A DNA stretch of 64,000 bases from Octopus sinensis (taxonomy: Eukaryota). Positions within the stretch are counted from its first letter, which is position 1, and every line of letters starts with the position of its first letter. This document shows positions 1 to 12,362 of this stretch, one piece after another. The stretch is from positions 167,090,001-167,154,000 of the forward strand of contig NC_042997.1 in the NCBI RefSeq assembly GCF_006345805.1. The letters run 5' to 3'. A model generated the notes under the pieces. The model was not told where the DNA came from. It saw only the letters and a list, made by a program, of their open reading frames with translations, and did no database searches. The position numbers and the translations under genes were made by a program.

Positions 1-82
1 TTTAATCTAATGTATATTACAAAGATTACATTTACAGTATTGAAAAGCTAATCATTTGCATGATCATGTAAATTGCTGAGAT

Positions 83-144
<62 letters not shown>

Positions 145-244
145 TCTCTGGCACTCTCTTTGACTCACACACTCTCTCTCTCTCTCTCTCCCTATCTCTC
201 TCTCACCCTCTCTCATCTCACTCTCTGGCACTCTCTTTGACTCA

Positions 245-297
<53 letters not shown>

Positions 298-336
298 TAT
301 CTATATATATATATATATATCTATATATATATATTA

Positions 337-367
<31 letters not shown>

Positions 368-372
368 ATATA
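83..372. repeat. Compound (CT)n/(TA)n microsatellite
   Basis: Directly visible; source of the spurious 237..449 ORF. Confidence 0.95.
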
Positions 373-1204
373 GCGATCGTGAGTGCAATACTCTAACTAC
401 TGGGCTTCGATATTACAGGTTATTAAAAGGAGAATGGGGAGAGGAATAATTGTGTTGAAACAGACTGGCTAAAAATTCTAAATCTAAAAGAAATTAAAAA
501 ATAAAATTTGCCAAGGAATCGAAAGTAAATCCAAAAATTACTGAGTATTTGTTTTTAAGTTGATATAATTAAACTTATAACGCTGAATATATGCAATGGA
601 TTTTAGAAATTTTCCAGTGTTAATAACTAAAGAGGATAAAATAAAGGAAGCATTTTCTTTCTTTAAGGTGTAATGTTAGGTCAATACGTCAGGTAAGGTT
701 AGTTGTGACGTCATCAGAGGGTATGCTGAGGTCATATATAAATATACTGACGTTTCTGAAGCTTACGTCTTGCAGTTCAGCATTATCTCTAATTGTTATA
801 CATATTCAATTTTTATTCATCATTTTTTCAAACTTTTACAAACAAAAATCTATAATGCAGGATAAATTGTACAATCGAGGCACTGAGAGAAATGTTGTGG
901 GTCAAGCCCAGCCTGTAAATGTAAAGTCTCAGTTTCGTCAAAGAGCAAAGTCATTTTGTGCTAACAATGAAATTCTTCCATGGCGACAACAAGCCTCTTC
1001 ACAAAATCCATATACCCAACTTTCTGGAAGATTGTCATGATAATCCAGTATTTTGGCTGATATAACTTTCCGATAATATTTCAGAGAAGGCATGAAGTTC
1101 AATGTTAAAGAATATGTAAAGGCATATACGTAGTGTTTCGTCACAAATCACAAAGGGATTACTGTTACTTAGTAAGCTCTGTTAAAGAGTTAAGACCTCT
1201 TAGG

Positions 1205-1375
1205 TCATGAATGACCACGGGGTTGCACCTGGAAAGTTACTCTCCGAGGCACAAATCCAGGCCATGTTGTTTATGGAAGACTAGCAGTCGCCCATGCATA
1301 CCAGCCTGCCCTCTACACGCCATCGATCTTATCCAAGGGAAAGTAACTTGCACTATGGCCCAGGGACTTGAAACC
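1205..1375 (-). mobile_element. SINE 3' portion (same family as 15433-15774)
   Basis: Reverse complement matches the 15433-15774 copy (ggcgactgctggtcttccataaacaac...aactttccaggtgcaa). Confidence 0.75.
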
Positions 1376-1494
1376 TCCAGTGATTTGCAAGTGTGTTTGG
1401 TATAGAGAAATTGTGTGGAGAATTGTTATGTGTATATATATATATATATTTACATAAACATATACATCTATTCTTTTGTCCTATCATTCTTTTG

Positions 1495-1655
1495 TCCTAT
1501 AACAGCACTTTGAAGTGTTTCCTTGCTTAAATGGTTCCAGTGATTACTTTGATTCTGGTAATTAGTGTATTGCCTCCTTTTGCCGACCCGCATGGTTACA
1601 GGGACATAAGCAGACCAACACCAGCTGTCGAATAGTGAGAGATCAACATAAACAT
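1495..1655 (-). mobile_element. SINE fragment (family of 13716-14118), 3' half
   Basis: Reverse complement resembles gacaaccgatgttggtgtgtttacgtccctgtcacttagcagttcggcaaaa of 13716-14118. Confidence 0.6.
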
Positions 1656-1724
1656 GCATTCACAGACTTACACTTATACATGTATGTATGTAAGTATTTC
1701 TGTGTATAAATGTATGTACGTGTG

Positions 1725-1760
<36 letters not shown>

Positions 1761-1770
1761 TTTATATGTA

Positions 1771-1805
<35 letters not shown>

Positions 1806-1939
1806 TGTTTGTGTGTGTGTGGTGTGTGTGTGTGTGTCTGTGTGTGTGTGTATGTGTGTGTGTGTAAATACAGAACATACATACACACGCGCCGCGCGCG
1901 TATGTGTATGTGTGAGAAAGAGAGAAAGATTATATGGTT

Positions 1940-3350
1940 TTTGTCATATTTCTAGGTAATTTGAAATCAGGAAGATGTCACTGACCGACAACACTGCACT
2001 CTTTCGAAAACACAAGGATTGCATGTTGGGTTCGAACTCGTTCATTTTTCGTGAACATGGTAATGTTCGCGAACGCATCTTTATGAAAAGCATGATGCAT
2101 GTGCAAGACGTTGGCACCCAAATTTACCAGGCTGTCATTCGTTTTCCGAACGCAGCAAGCATACCAAGACTGACACGAAATCAGAGGGAGCAAGACATCG
2201 GATGTCACGATGTTGGTCAACGTTCATGAGTCAGTGGTAATGACTTGAACTGCAGTATTCGGACAATTGAGCGGCTAAGGGAACGATACACTACCACACG
2301 CAGCACGGATGATCGTCCACGCAATGACCGACCGAGGGTTACAACAGCACGTTAAGATCGCCACCTGCACCGACAAAACTTGCAGGAACGATTATGGAGG
2401 GCAACGGAATAAGCCAGAAAGACCTTAGGGACTCACCACCGACCCATTTGTGCAGATTCAGTTCACCGCCGACTGAGATCTTTCAATCTGTCTTGTCGAC
2501 GTCCGGCTATGGACACCATCCACACCGATCGTCATTGACGGGCACGTTTGCAATGGGCTCAAAAACGTCAGAACTAGCGATGTCAGCAATGGAGGACTGT
2601 AGTCTTCTCTGACGAAAATCGATATTGCATTTCTGTAGCAGATGGCAGAACTAGGGTTTGAAGAAGAAGAGGTGAACGTCATGCCGATGGATGTGTGGTG
2701 GAGAGAGACTCATGGAGAGGCCAGAGCATCGTGGTATGGGGCGTGATTACACTCAACCAGAAACATGGATCGGTGGTCTTCCAAAACATCGGCCAAGGCC
2801 GGGGCAATGGAGTTACCACTGCTTGCTACATCGACCAAGTGTTGAGGCCTCACATTGTGTCATACTTTGCCCGTCATCGGAATCACGTGTTCCAACACGA
2901 CAACGCCCGTGCCCATACTTCCAGGTTGACAACAGGCTTCTTCCAACAGCACAACATCCAGACACTGCTATGGCCTGCCCTAAGTCCGAACGAAATCCAA
3001 AAAAGGCTATATGACAACCGTCCAAGGCCGCCAACTCTGGCACAACTCACTGCAAGTTTTAACAGAGTGTGTGCTGCTATCCCTATGGCCTTCATTGTAC
3101 AAAAGATGCCTGGCGGTAATCAACGCTAACGGTGGCCACACGAGATACTGAATTCATCTCTTTGGATGCAGGACACTCCGTCATTACGTGACACCATGGG
3201 ACGTCAAACATGTTTCAGGAAATGATGTTTTATCATTAGAAAAGAACCGTTTCTTAATTAGCACTCTTCAATCAATGCTATGATAATCTGTTAATAAACC
3301 GGCTTCTATTTAGTATGTGTGCGACGTTTCTTTTGTGGTTCGGTTTACAT
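1940..3350 (+). mobile_element. Tc1-family DNA transposon relic, left end missing
   Basis: Degenerate transposase inside; TIR-like right end tgtgcgacgtttcttttgtggttcggtttaca followed by TA at about 3318-3354; no matching left TIR seen. Confidence 0.85.
2161..3129 (+). pseudogene. Tc1 transposase pseudogene
   Basis: IPRLTRNQREQ (HTH start), RPRVTT, FSDE-like motif, IVVWGVI, FQHDNARAHT, LLWPALSP; several frameshifts; the DLNPIE segment is deleted. Confidence 0.9.
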
Positions 3351-3384
3351 ATATATATCCAGACAGAGAGAGAGAAAGTGAGTG

Positions 3385-3870
3385 ATCTTTAACGTACGCT
3401 CAATTAAATTATCATATAGTTGCTTCCCCAATATGAAGAGCATCATTACTCGCAAACACCACCAAGAGCCCACTACCAGTCAAGACCATGACGTCACTTC
3501 ACACGATCAGGTGTGCAAGATAAACTCCGTCATATATGAGTCAGAAGTTACAGCAACGCTACATGTTAGCAAAACCGAAAATAAAAGTAACATCGGATTA
3601 TGCGAAAGAGACTTCAAAAGTCGCTATGCTAACCACCTACCTTCTTTCCGGGACATCGACAAAAGTAAAGCCACTGACTTGGCTAGCAACGTACAATTCA
3701 GTGGAAAATAGTAGTAAAATCCAAGGGCTAAGGTTAGGGTTATGCGTAGCCTAAAGATCACATATCCTTTTTAGATCTAAGAATTCCATCACTGCTGAAT
3801 TCCAGATCAGAAATGTTCAGTAAAAGCAAACATACAGACAAGTTTTGGCGAATTGGGGAACACCATCCTC
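3385..3870 (+). mobile_element. Penelope-like element fragment, GIY-YIG endonuclease region
   Basis: KLSYSCFPNMKSII, SVIYESEV, NIGLCERDFKSRYANH, IQWKIV, LLNSRSEMFSKSKHTDKF: typical PLE C-terminal endonuclease end, frameshifted. Confidence 0.8.
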
Positions 3871-3899
3871 TCCGGATTAAGCAGTTTTATGGTAGGCTT

Positions 3900-4420
3900 T
3901 AGGTCTCTGCAGTTGATTCCACACCATCGAGCTTTACGGCTCAACTGTTAAAGAAGACATAATTCTCTTCCTTCTGTTTTCCTTTCTTTTTCGTTTTTTT
4001 TTTCACCATTCCACTAGTGCTACATGAAAAATCACCAGCAATTAAAGATCTTCCTAAAAAACACCACAGCCATTGGCTCTAAGTTGCTGTCACTGTTGTA
4101 ATATGAAAGATTATGTTGCTGTTACAGAATAAAATATTAATGATCCTTACCCCATGGTTGCACCCCATTTGAATATAACTGTATTAGTCATTGAAATTTT
4201 GTTCCAGTCACCCATCAGAATTAGGGAGACTATTCGTCAACCTGCAGCTGGTGTTACGAGAGGCATTCAAACTTTCAAGATTAACCTTCATAATTATATA
4301 CATATGCTTACTTTTTCCGAGCCATTGCAAACAGTAGATCAGATATTGTCATCGACATATTGTCTTCGATATAAAAATTACATTGTCAAACTTTGTTCAT
4401 AACATGACAAAAAAATTAAA
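3900..4420 (-). mobile_element. Possible highly decayed LINE APE endonuclease fragment
   Basis: Only short GDFN-like motifs (LILMGDWN; SLIAGDFS) in broken minus-strand frames. Confidence 0.25.
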
Positions 4421-5088
4421 ATTTTACTTTTAAACTTATATTAATCTACATTATATAATTCCAGAATAAAATTGTGTATGTATGTATGTATGTATGTATG
4501 TATGTATGTATGTATGTATGTATGTATGTATGTATGATTGTATGTATGTATACACTTATATGCACAAATACACATATACGCATAGACGTATATACAAGCA
4601 AATATATTACTTTTTTATTGTTTTTACTGTATTGTTCTCACTGTCCTGTTCTTGTTACCACTTTCACCCTCCGCAAAAAATCCCAAATATTATTTAACTT
4701 GCTTTGCAGGAGGCACTGTTTCAACGAAGTCGTGTCTTGTCCTTGCCTTCGAACGTGGAGTAGTTGAAGCAGGGACAACTGAAGAAGGGGAATATTCTTT
4801 ATGTTGTATGTCCTGTTTCTCTGGGGTTTTTTTCGCTGTTCCAAAAAATGTTCGTTTCTATGTTTTTGCTTTTATGTTTTCGTTTCTCATTGTGTTCAAC
4901 GTTTGTTTGATGCCCTGTACCTTTATATGCATGTATATGTACATATATATGTATATATGCATATATTTATATATGTTATATATATACATATCTAATATAG
5001 GATATCATTTTTCGAAAAAATTCTATCAATGGTCAGCATATTAAAAAATACCTTTAAAGGTTAAATTTATAAACAATTTATAAGTAAA

Positions 5089-5492
5089 GGCAAAAGAAAA
5101 AAATTCTAATGCCAAAATATGCCGAAAATAGACACAACGTCAATAACCATTATAATTCATCACTACAAGCACGCGTTTCGAAGAAAACCGACAGAAATGT
5201 CTAAAAAATCCCGTTATTACCATATCGGACCCGATTTCAGAGTTAATTCATAAGAACCTTCCCTTCATCAGTGATAAATGCGGTAAAGAAATAAGTGAAA
5301 TACTTACTTACACCCATGGAAGAAGGTTCTTATGAACTAACTCTGAAATCGGGTCCGATGTGGTAATAACGGGATTTTTTAGACATTTCTGTCAGCTTTT
5401 TTCGAAACGCGTGCTTGTAGTGATGAATTATAATGGTTATTCACGTTGTGTCTATTTTCGGCATATTTGGCATTAGAAAGTTTTTCTTTTGC
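5089..5492. repeat. Fold-back inverted repeat, ~172-bp arms, 60-nt spacer (PLE-tail derived)
   Basis: 5089-5261 is the reverse complement of 5322-5492 at roughly 94% identity by manual alignment. Confidence 0.95.
5156..5278 (-). ncRNA. Degenerate type I hammerhead-like motif with ~95-nt stem II insert
   Basis: Minus strand UUUAUCA-CUGAUGA-A...CUUC-GAAACGCGU...UGAUGAA; 7-bp stem I, but the cleavage triplet is non-canonical and stem II closing is weak. Confidence 0.45.
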
Positions 5493-5581
5493 CCGTAATT
5501 ATAAATATATAATATATATATATATATATCTATATATATATATATATAATATATATATATATATATAATATATATATATAT

Positions 5582-5614
<33 letters not shown>

Positions 5615-7139
5615 TGTATGTATGTATGTATGTATGTATGTGTGTATGCGGCGCGCGTGTGTATATGTACTTGCATACATTACACTACACAATCTGAAGT
5701 AAGTGTATGTTTACACAATCTACTGTAGTCAATAATCTCAATGGATACAAGAAAGTATCTGTGCACAATATACGCTTCGTGAGGGAAGAGATAATGACGG
5801 CAGAATCAATTACAATCATAAGCAAAGAAAGACAATACTGATCTCAACGATAAATGAACTCAACACAGTGAAGTAACGACAACTAATTAGTTTTTCTAAT
5901 GTTTAGCTAATAGTTACATCTATTTCACCTTTGCAACACAAATTGCAAATTAATGAATTCAACTGGAATTTTTTCCTGTATACAGAGCTATTGTATCGTT
6001 CGTGGTGTATCAGTAGCAACACTGGTTCGCGTTTTCGATTTTTGCTAGAAGCAATATCTTTGAGTTTGCTAGTTTCCACGCGAGGGCTCTGACATTAGAA
6101 CATACTTATTTTCATGCTAAATGAAGCTTTATGAAATTTATTATTTTGCCTTGTATGCATTGGTTCTGTCACTTTACTAAAAATAACAGCTATCAATCTG
6201 CCTGCCAAATTTCAGGATTTCTTTTGTATACTATGTTGCCGCTTCCGTGTTGTTTATTCTTTATAGTTAACCAGTAATTTCAAGTATTTAACCCGTGGAG
6301 TCAGTTACACGTATTTAACCTATGGTGTCAAGTTTTGAAGGAAGATAAATATTAGTCACTCTCAAATATGGTAACCTAAGATCTTCTCCGAGTAGATCTA
6401 AGGTTACATTATTTGAATCAATAGACTGTGGTCACATTACTTGCTCCGGCAGTGTTACATCAATTTTATTTGAATACAAATCAAGACTATCGACATAAAT
6501 TTTGAAAATAACAATCCTAATATCCAATAAATACTAATTTAATTTTTATCTAAAGTTATGCAATATTTATATACGATATATATTTGAAACTCATACACAA
6601 ATTTATCGATTTCAAGAATTGGTGTCGGTTTAAGCTATGTAAGAGCCTCTACGCGAAATAGCCATCTGAGAAACTTTGATCCACACAGAAACGGTAGGAG
6701 AAACATAAAAATATCTTGATGGCGATTAAAGGTACACTCAATGTTGGAAGCCAAGGTACCTCAAGCTCACAAGTGTTTTATCTCTCACTTTGCCTGAGCG
6801 GGACAGAGAGGACTAAATTAACATTCGTCTGCTGAAGGGTCCTAGCTACAGTCTCTGGTTAGCCACAACCAAACTCAACTGGTCTCAGCTGCGATAAATA
6901 CAACCTTAGCAGCCTTCTTCAGTTGTTTGGGTTTCAAATCATCTACGGAATATAGGGCAGTGCTTTTACTGGAAAACTGTAATTATTATGATCTATTAAC
7001 AATGATATTTTTACTGAAATTTCTACCCGTTTCTAAACACACCGCCATTCGCATTTTTATTTCTAACACTAAACACTCTTCGTCTTACGATGTAAAACCC
7101 GTTACTAAGTGCTTCGCCTAATCCGTCCCTCTTGAAACA

Positions 7140-7330
7140 TAAAGTCCTGTTCTATATTTAAGAGATGAGGAATTAGGTACAATTTTTACATTATTTATAT
7201 TTGACGGATATTTGTCCAACTTCTTTGGTGTTAACACAACGTTTCGGCTGATATACCCTCCAGTCTTCATCAGGTGCCTTGGGGAAATTTCGAACCTGAG
7301 TTCTCATTCCTAAGGTATTTTTCGATGTTA
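7140..7330 (-). mobile_element. Short PLE-type tail element carrying a hammerhead motif
   Basis: Starts at (TAA)n with aacatcgaaaaatacc...; a homologous truncated copy is at 40195-40260. Confidence 0.7.
7234..7277 (-). ncRNA. Minimal type I hammerhead-like ribozyme
   Basis: GCAC-CUGAUGA-A-GACUG(GAGGGUAUAU)CAGCC-GAAAC-GUU-GUGU; palindromic AACGUU stem III; one stem II mismatch. Confidence 0.6.
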
Positions 7331-7797
7331 TTATTATTGAGTGAGAGAGCAGTGCATGCCATCAAAGTGACACTGGGGTAAAATTTACGAAGCCCAGTAT
7401 ACCCATCATGACTACCCATCTGATAAGGGTACACCAGGCACATGCATCACAGCCATATGGGCGCGACATGGTGATCTCATATCAAGATAAACAACACATG
7501 ATCTTGCAGGTGGGGCCCAGTTAGAATTTTCTTCTGGTTGAGTAGCCCATCTCGCTCAAAAGGTCCCTGAATAAGGGTTGTTTAAGGATGTTGAACGAAA
7601 CGCCCTTGTTTCCAGAGGTGAAGTATTCAAACTTCAAAGAATCCCTTTCTACACATGGCTATGATGCTCCCCCACTACTTCTGCTCGTGATCAGAGATGC
7701 ACATATTGTCAGCCTCTAAGAGACATACTCAACTGGTTAAGGTCAAATAACTGACAAGCAAATCTGCGATATTGACAAGAATATTTGCTGTAGCCCA
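7330..7797 (-). mobile_element. ~550-bp non-coding repeat bounded by (TAA)n, 5'-truncated copy
   Basis: Reverse complement aligns with 39708-40160 and 19835-20210. Confidence 0.85.
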
Positions 7798-7812
7798 TCA
7801 TCATCATCATCA

Positions 7813-7879
<67 letters not shown>

Positions 7880-7894
7880 GATTATTATCATTGC

Positions 7895-8345
7895 CTTTGC
7901 ACAACTTCTAACGCAGGAGATGTACTACGGTGTCAGCTGTTCACTACCAGTGAACTAAGGTAACACCTCTTATTTTTCGAGCACTTTCAGGAGTATTCGA
8001 GCAGTTCCAAGCAGTGCTGTTTTCTGTAAGTGCTCCATCCTTATTGCAGCCCCTATTTGTTGCACGTACTTCTCAAGATATTTGCTCACTGTTCCCAGGG
8101 CTTCGACAATTATTGATAGTACTGCTACCTTTTTCAACAGCCACAACTGCTTAACCTCCCGAGCTAACCTGTCATATCTCTCGACTTTTCATTCTTCCTT
8201 ATCGCATACCTTGTTGTCAGCTGGGCATGTTATGTCTATGATCCAGCATAGTTTGTTTTCTTTCTCAATTAAGACTATGTCCGGCTTCCTATTCTCTATC
8301 TCATGGTCGCCCTGAATCATAAAATCCCATAAGATCTTTGCTCGT
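7895..8345 (-). mobile_element. R4/Dong-like RLE LINE 3' end
   Basis: KILWDFMIQGDHEIENRKPDIVLIEKENKLCWIIDITCPAD...ALG...LQKTALLGTARILLKVLEK*, short 3' UTR, then (TAA)n. Confidence 0.9.
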
Positions 8346-8604
8346 TTGAGATAGGCTTCTTCGCTATCCGTTAGTAGCCTATTCAGATTATTTAAAATCT
8401 TTGTTTGTCGTCTGATTACAATTTCCTACCTCTGGAGATTATGCTTTTCTGTCGATTTGACATACTCTCTAGTACAATACTACAGTATATGTCTTGTATA
8501 ACTGTAATAATGCTGTAGCTTTATGTCAATATCCTGCATAGAGAGATTAGCAGTCCAGTTTTGTTCCAAATGCATATGTGTGTATCTCTAGCCACCACAC
8601 ACAT

Positions 8605-8760
8605 TTTTTTCTCTCCTTGTTTTTTTTCTGTGTCCCTTTCTGTAGAAGATCGTAGGCTCGAAACGCAAAAGACTTTTTCTATTCCTGGGCGTTATACTAA
8701 TACATCTGTTTGTTTTGTACACCACCTGTCTTTGTCTTTTGTTTTTTTCGTAAACTCTCC
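8605..8760 (+). mobile_element. PLE-type tail with relic hammerhead (8636-8671)
   Basis: CUUU-CUGUAGA-A-GAUC(GUAG)GCUC-GAAACGCA-AAAG: A6 and U16.1 changed; same family as 62215-62350; abuts (TA)n. Confidence 0.6.
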
Positions 8761-8761
8761 C

Positions 8762-8798
<37 letters not shown>

Positions 8799-8806
8799 AT
8801 AATATA

Positions 8807-8901
<95 letters not shown>

Positions 8902-9423
8902 CATGTGCTTGTGTGTGTGTGGTAGTATGTATGTATGTATCAATTTGGCCCACAGGAGCCGAAAAACTTAAATCATTGAGATAAAGAATTCACGACCAAA
9001 ATAGGTATATAAGAAATTATAATACATGCAGAAAGGGAAATATGATCCAACGACTAGTAATCTAGCCATTAAACGAGGATCTGATCATTGCCATGATCAC
9101 GGTTATTTCTAAACACTAACGGAAACAAAACTTTTACTGACAGTAATTCTAACTATGATATTCCACTAAAAAATTAATTCTTTCTCTAGAAATCCATCTG
9201 TCAATCTTCATCGCACGAATCTGTACGCAGGGCACCGTTTTCAATTCAAAATGGCAGATTGAACAATTTACACTCCATCCAACAATTATATGATTATTTC
9301 CTATATCAATACAATACAGAAAATAACTCGGACAAAACTCCAAATTAATTTTAGTGTTTTCCATATTATTATTATTCTTTTCCCCTCAATACTCTTTCTC
9401 AACCAATATATATATGGGATATA

Positions 9424-9635
9424 CGGGGGTGTGCTGAAAAGTTCCTGGCTTTAAGGGTGTCGCGAGAAGCCCGGTTGGAGACCTTATGAGTCCTTTTACC
9501 GGGCTAAGAAAAATTTAAGGACCGCTGGAATAAGTGTTTGAATCTGAGAGGAGAATATGTTGAATAAAATCATAATTAAGTGATCCTCTTGTTTTTACTT
9601 TTACTCAAAAGCAGGAACTTTTCAACACCTCCTCG
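9424..9635 (+). mobile_element. mariner-derived MITE
   Basis: TIRs cgggggtgtgctgaaaagttcctggcttt / aaagcaggaacttttcaacacctcctcg, TA on both sides, keeps the transposase C-terminus RWNKCLNLRGEYVE*. Confidence 0.9.
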
Positions 9636-9728
9636 TATAAGCAAGCACTTTCAGTCTGTTTAGCTATGTACATGTTTCGCTTGACGCATGATGTCCATTC
9701 ATAAATTTTCAAAATGCAACTGCTGCTG

Positions 9729-9767
<39 letters not shown>

Positions 9768-9828
9768 ACTACTGCTGCTGCTGCTGCTGCTTGCTGCTGC
9801 TGCTGCTGCTGCTACTGCTACTACTACT

Positions 9829-9885
<57 letters not shown>

Positions 9886-10261
9886 ATATTTCTTAATCGA
9901 TAAACACCGAATCACATATACATATACATCATTATCAAGGAATACTCACGCATTCACACACACATACGCACAAACACAAACACACATACACACTGATACA
10001 CAAACATACACTTACGCACGGGCACTCATCCACACAGATTCAAGAATGTATGTAAGCATACATGCATACATACTCACACACTTGAGCAAGTGTATACATC
10101 TTTAAAAGGCGAGTTATTAGTAAACAGTCACATCAAAGACAAGAAACAAGGTAGGATTGGACGTATTATGTATTACGTATTACGTTCTTCTATTTTATGT
10201 AATAACAATATTTGTTATAGTCATATAGATGTGTTTATGTATGTATATATGTACGTATATA

Positions 10262-10421
10262 GGCATAGGTATGACTGTGTGGTAAGAAGCTTGCTTCCCT
10301 ATCTCATGGATGCTGGTTCAGTTCCACTACTATACCTTCAGGCCCAGCAAATTTTTGTGGGTGGATTTGGTAGGCGGAAACTGAAGGAAACCCGTTGTAT
10401 GTATATTATATATATATATAG

Positions 10422-10462
<41 letters not shown>

Positions 10463-10549
10463 CATACATGTATGATGCATGTATGTATGTATGTTGTATG
10501 TATGTATGTTGTATGTATGTATTTATGATGTATGTATGTATATGTATAA

Positions 10550-10580
<31 letters not shown>

Positions 10581-10830
10581 GTGTTGTATATATATATGTG
10601 TGTGTGGGTGTGGTGCGTGCGTGTGTCTTTGTGTTTATGTACGTCTCCTAACACCGCGTGATAGCTGGTGTTGGTGTATTTATGTTCCCGTAAATTGCAG
10701 TTCTGCAAAAAAGACCGATACAATTAGCACCAAGCTTTAAAAAAATTAGTACTGGGAGCGATTCATTCGTCTAAAACTTCTTGAATATGGTAATCCAGCA
10801 TGGCCGCAGAGCAATGATTGAAACAGGTAA
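10262..10830 (+). mobile_element. tRNA-derived SINE with expanded internal microsatellite
   Basis: Head gactgtgtggtaagaagcttgcttcc...ggttcagttccac; 3' ctccagcatggccgcag-like end; ~230-nt TA/TATG/TG tract inside. Confidence 0.8.
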
Positions 10831-10844
10831 AATAACAGACAGGC

Positions 10845-10962
<118 letters not shown>

Positions 10963-11494
10963 GCATTCACAGGCTCTTACAATATTTGAACAAAACTACA
11001 CAGTTAAAAAAAACCACAAACACTAGTATACGCATCAACATATACTAATTACATTGATGAATGGGAAGCAAAAAACAAAATATTTGCAACTAAACTACTC
11101 ACTTATACCAGAAGCGATTCACAGAAAATCATGAACGTCACACAGTCTTTTTACTTCTCATATATTCCATCTGTTGGGATGGCTGAAACAGTAGAGAGCC
11201 AGACGGAATAAATATTACACAGTATTTATTTCCATCTTTTACGTTCACAATGAAATCCTGCTGAGTCGTATGTAAACAAAACTGCGTATCTCTACAATAT
11301 TGCAAACCAACCGTACAAGTCTTACCAATTTGAAATATGACTGGTATAGTTTACAATTTGATGGCAGTAACTTTTTATCTACTAACTACAAGTGCATCCT
11401 AATAATATATGTACTACTGAATGACATATTGTTATAATTATATATAAAATATAATTAATATATAATAATATTATATATATATATACATACATAT

Positions 11495-12030
11495 ATATCA
11501 TCATCATCATCATTTAACGTCCGTTTTCCATGCTAGCATGGGTTGGACGGTTTTGACTGAGGGCTGGCAACTAGATGGCTGCACCAGGCTCCAGTCTTGA
11601 TCTGGAAGAGTTTCTACAGCTGGATGCCCTTCCTAATGCCAACCACTCCGAGAGTGTAGTGGGTGCTTTTTACGTGCCACCTGCACGGGGGCCAATCAGG
11701 CGGTACTGGCAATGACCTCGCTCGAATCTTTTTACACGTGCCGCCGACAGAGGTGCCAGTGAAGCGACGTTGGTAACGATCACGCTCGAATGGTACCCTT
11801 TTACGTACCACGGGTACGGAAGCCAGTTGGCTGCTCTGGCAACGATCACAACGATCACACTCAGATGGTGTTCTTGGAACCCTACCAGCACAGGCATAAG
11901 TGCCAGTAAGGCGACGCTGGTAACGATCTTACTCGAATAGCCTCTCTATCAACAGTCACACTCGTATGGTGCTCTTTGCACCCCGCTAGCACGGATGCCA
12001 GTCATCGAAATGATTTTGATTTTGATTTGA
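11495..12030 (-). mobile_element. RTE-like retroelement 3' end with internal ~60-bp minisatellite
   Basis: Ends in (GAT)n on the minus strand; tandem units tcgctcgaatggtg..tttacgtgccacc; second copy at 29930-30370. RTE assignment is from recognition. Confidence 0.7.
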
Positions 12031-12179
12031 TGTATATATATATTTTGACCATATCGTACGAGAAGATTTAAGGCGGGCATTTTAAACTGGTCGTGTACAA
12101 CGTGCACATATATGTATATACATACGTTCGTATATGTAAGTATATCGTATGTTGTATATATATATATTTGTATTTGTGT

Positions 12180-12362
12180 GCTATCTGAGTGTATTCCTCT
12201 GATGAAGGCAGAGCATCTCTTATGTAAAGCCAGAAATCCGGGATCTGGAATTATCGAATAATTTTTTTGCTAGTTTATTTTGTCTCTTTGTCTTCTCTCC
12301 TGGTGCTATATGAAAATTTAATGTGGTTTTGGAGTCAAGTTTTGACTGCTATTTTCAGCGTC

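Noticed and set aside
668-692. Plus-strand 25-nt exon-like segment with CAG|GTAAGG donor
   Set aside because: Not frame-preserving and has no supporting context.
4775-4830. CUGAAGAAGGGG motif typical of PLE tails
   Set aside because: No downstream GAAA or stem III; at most a remnant.
10090-10740. 216-aa ORF, longest in the track
   Set aside because: Runs through a SINE and its internal TA/TATG/TG microsatellite; low-complexity translation.
11660-11990. Regularly spaced ~60-bp repeats resembling a CRISPR array
   Set aside because: Whole units are degenerate tandem copies with no unique spacers, inside a retroelement present twice; eukaryotic context, no cas genes.
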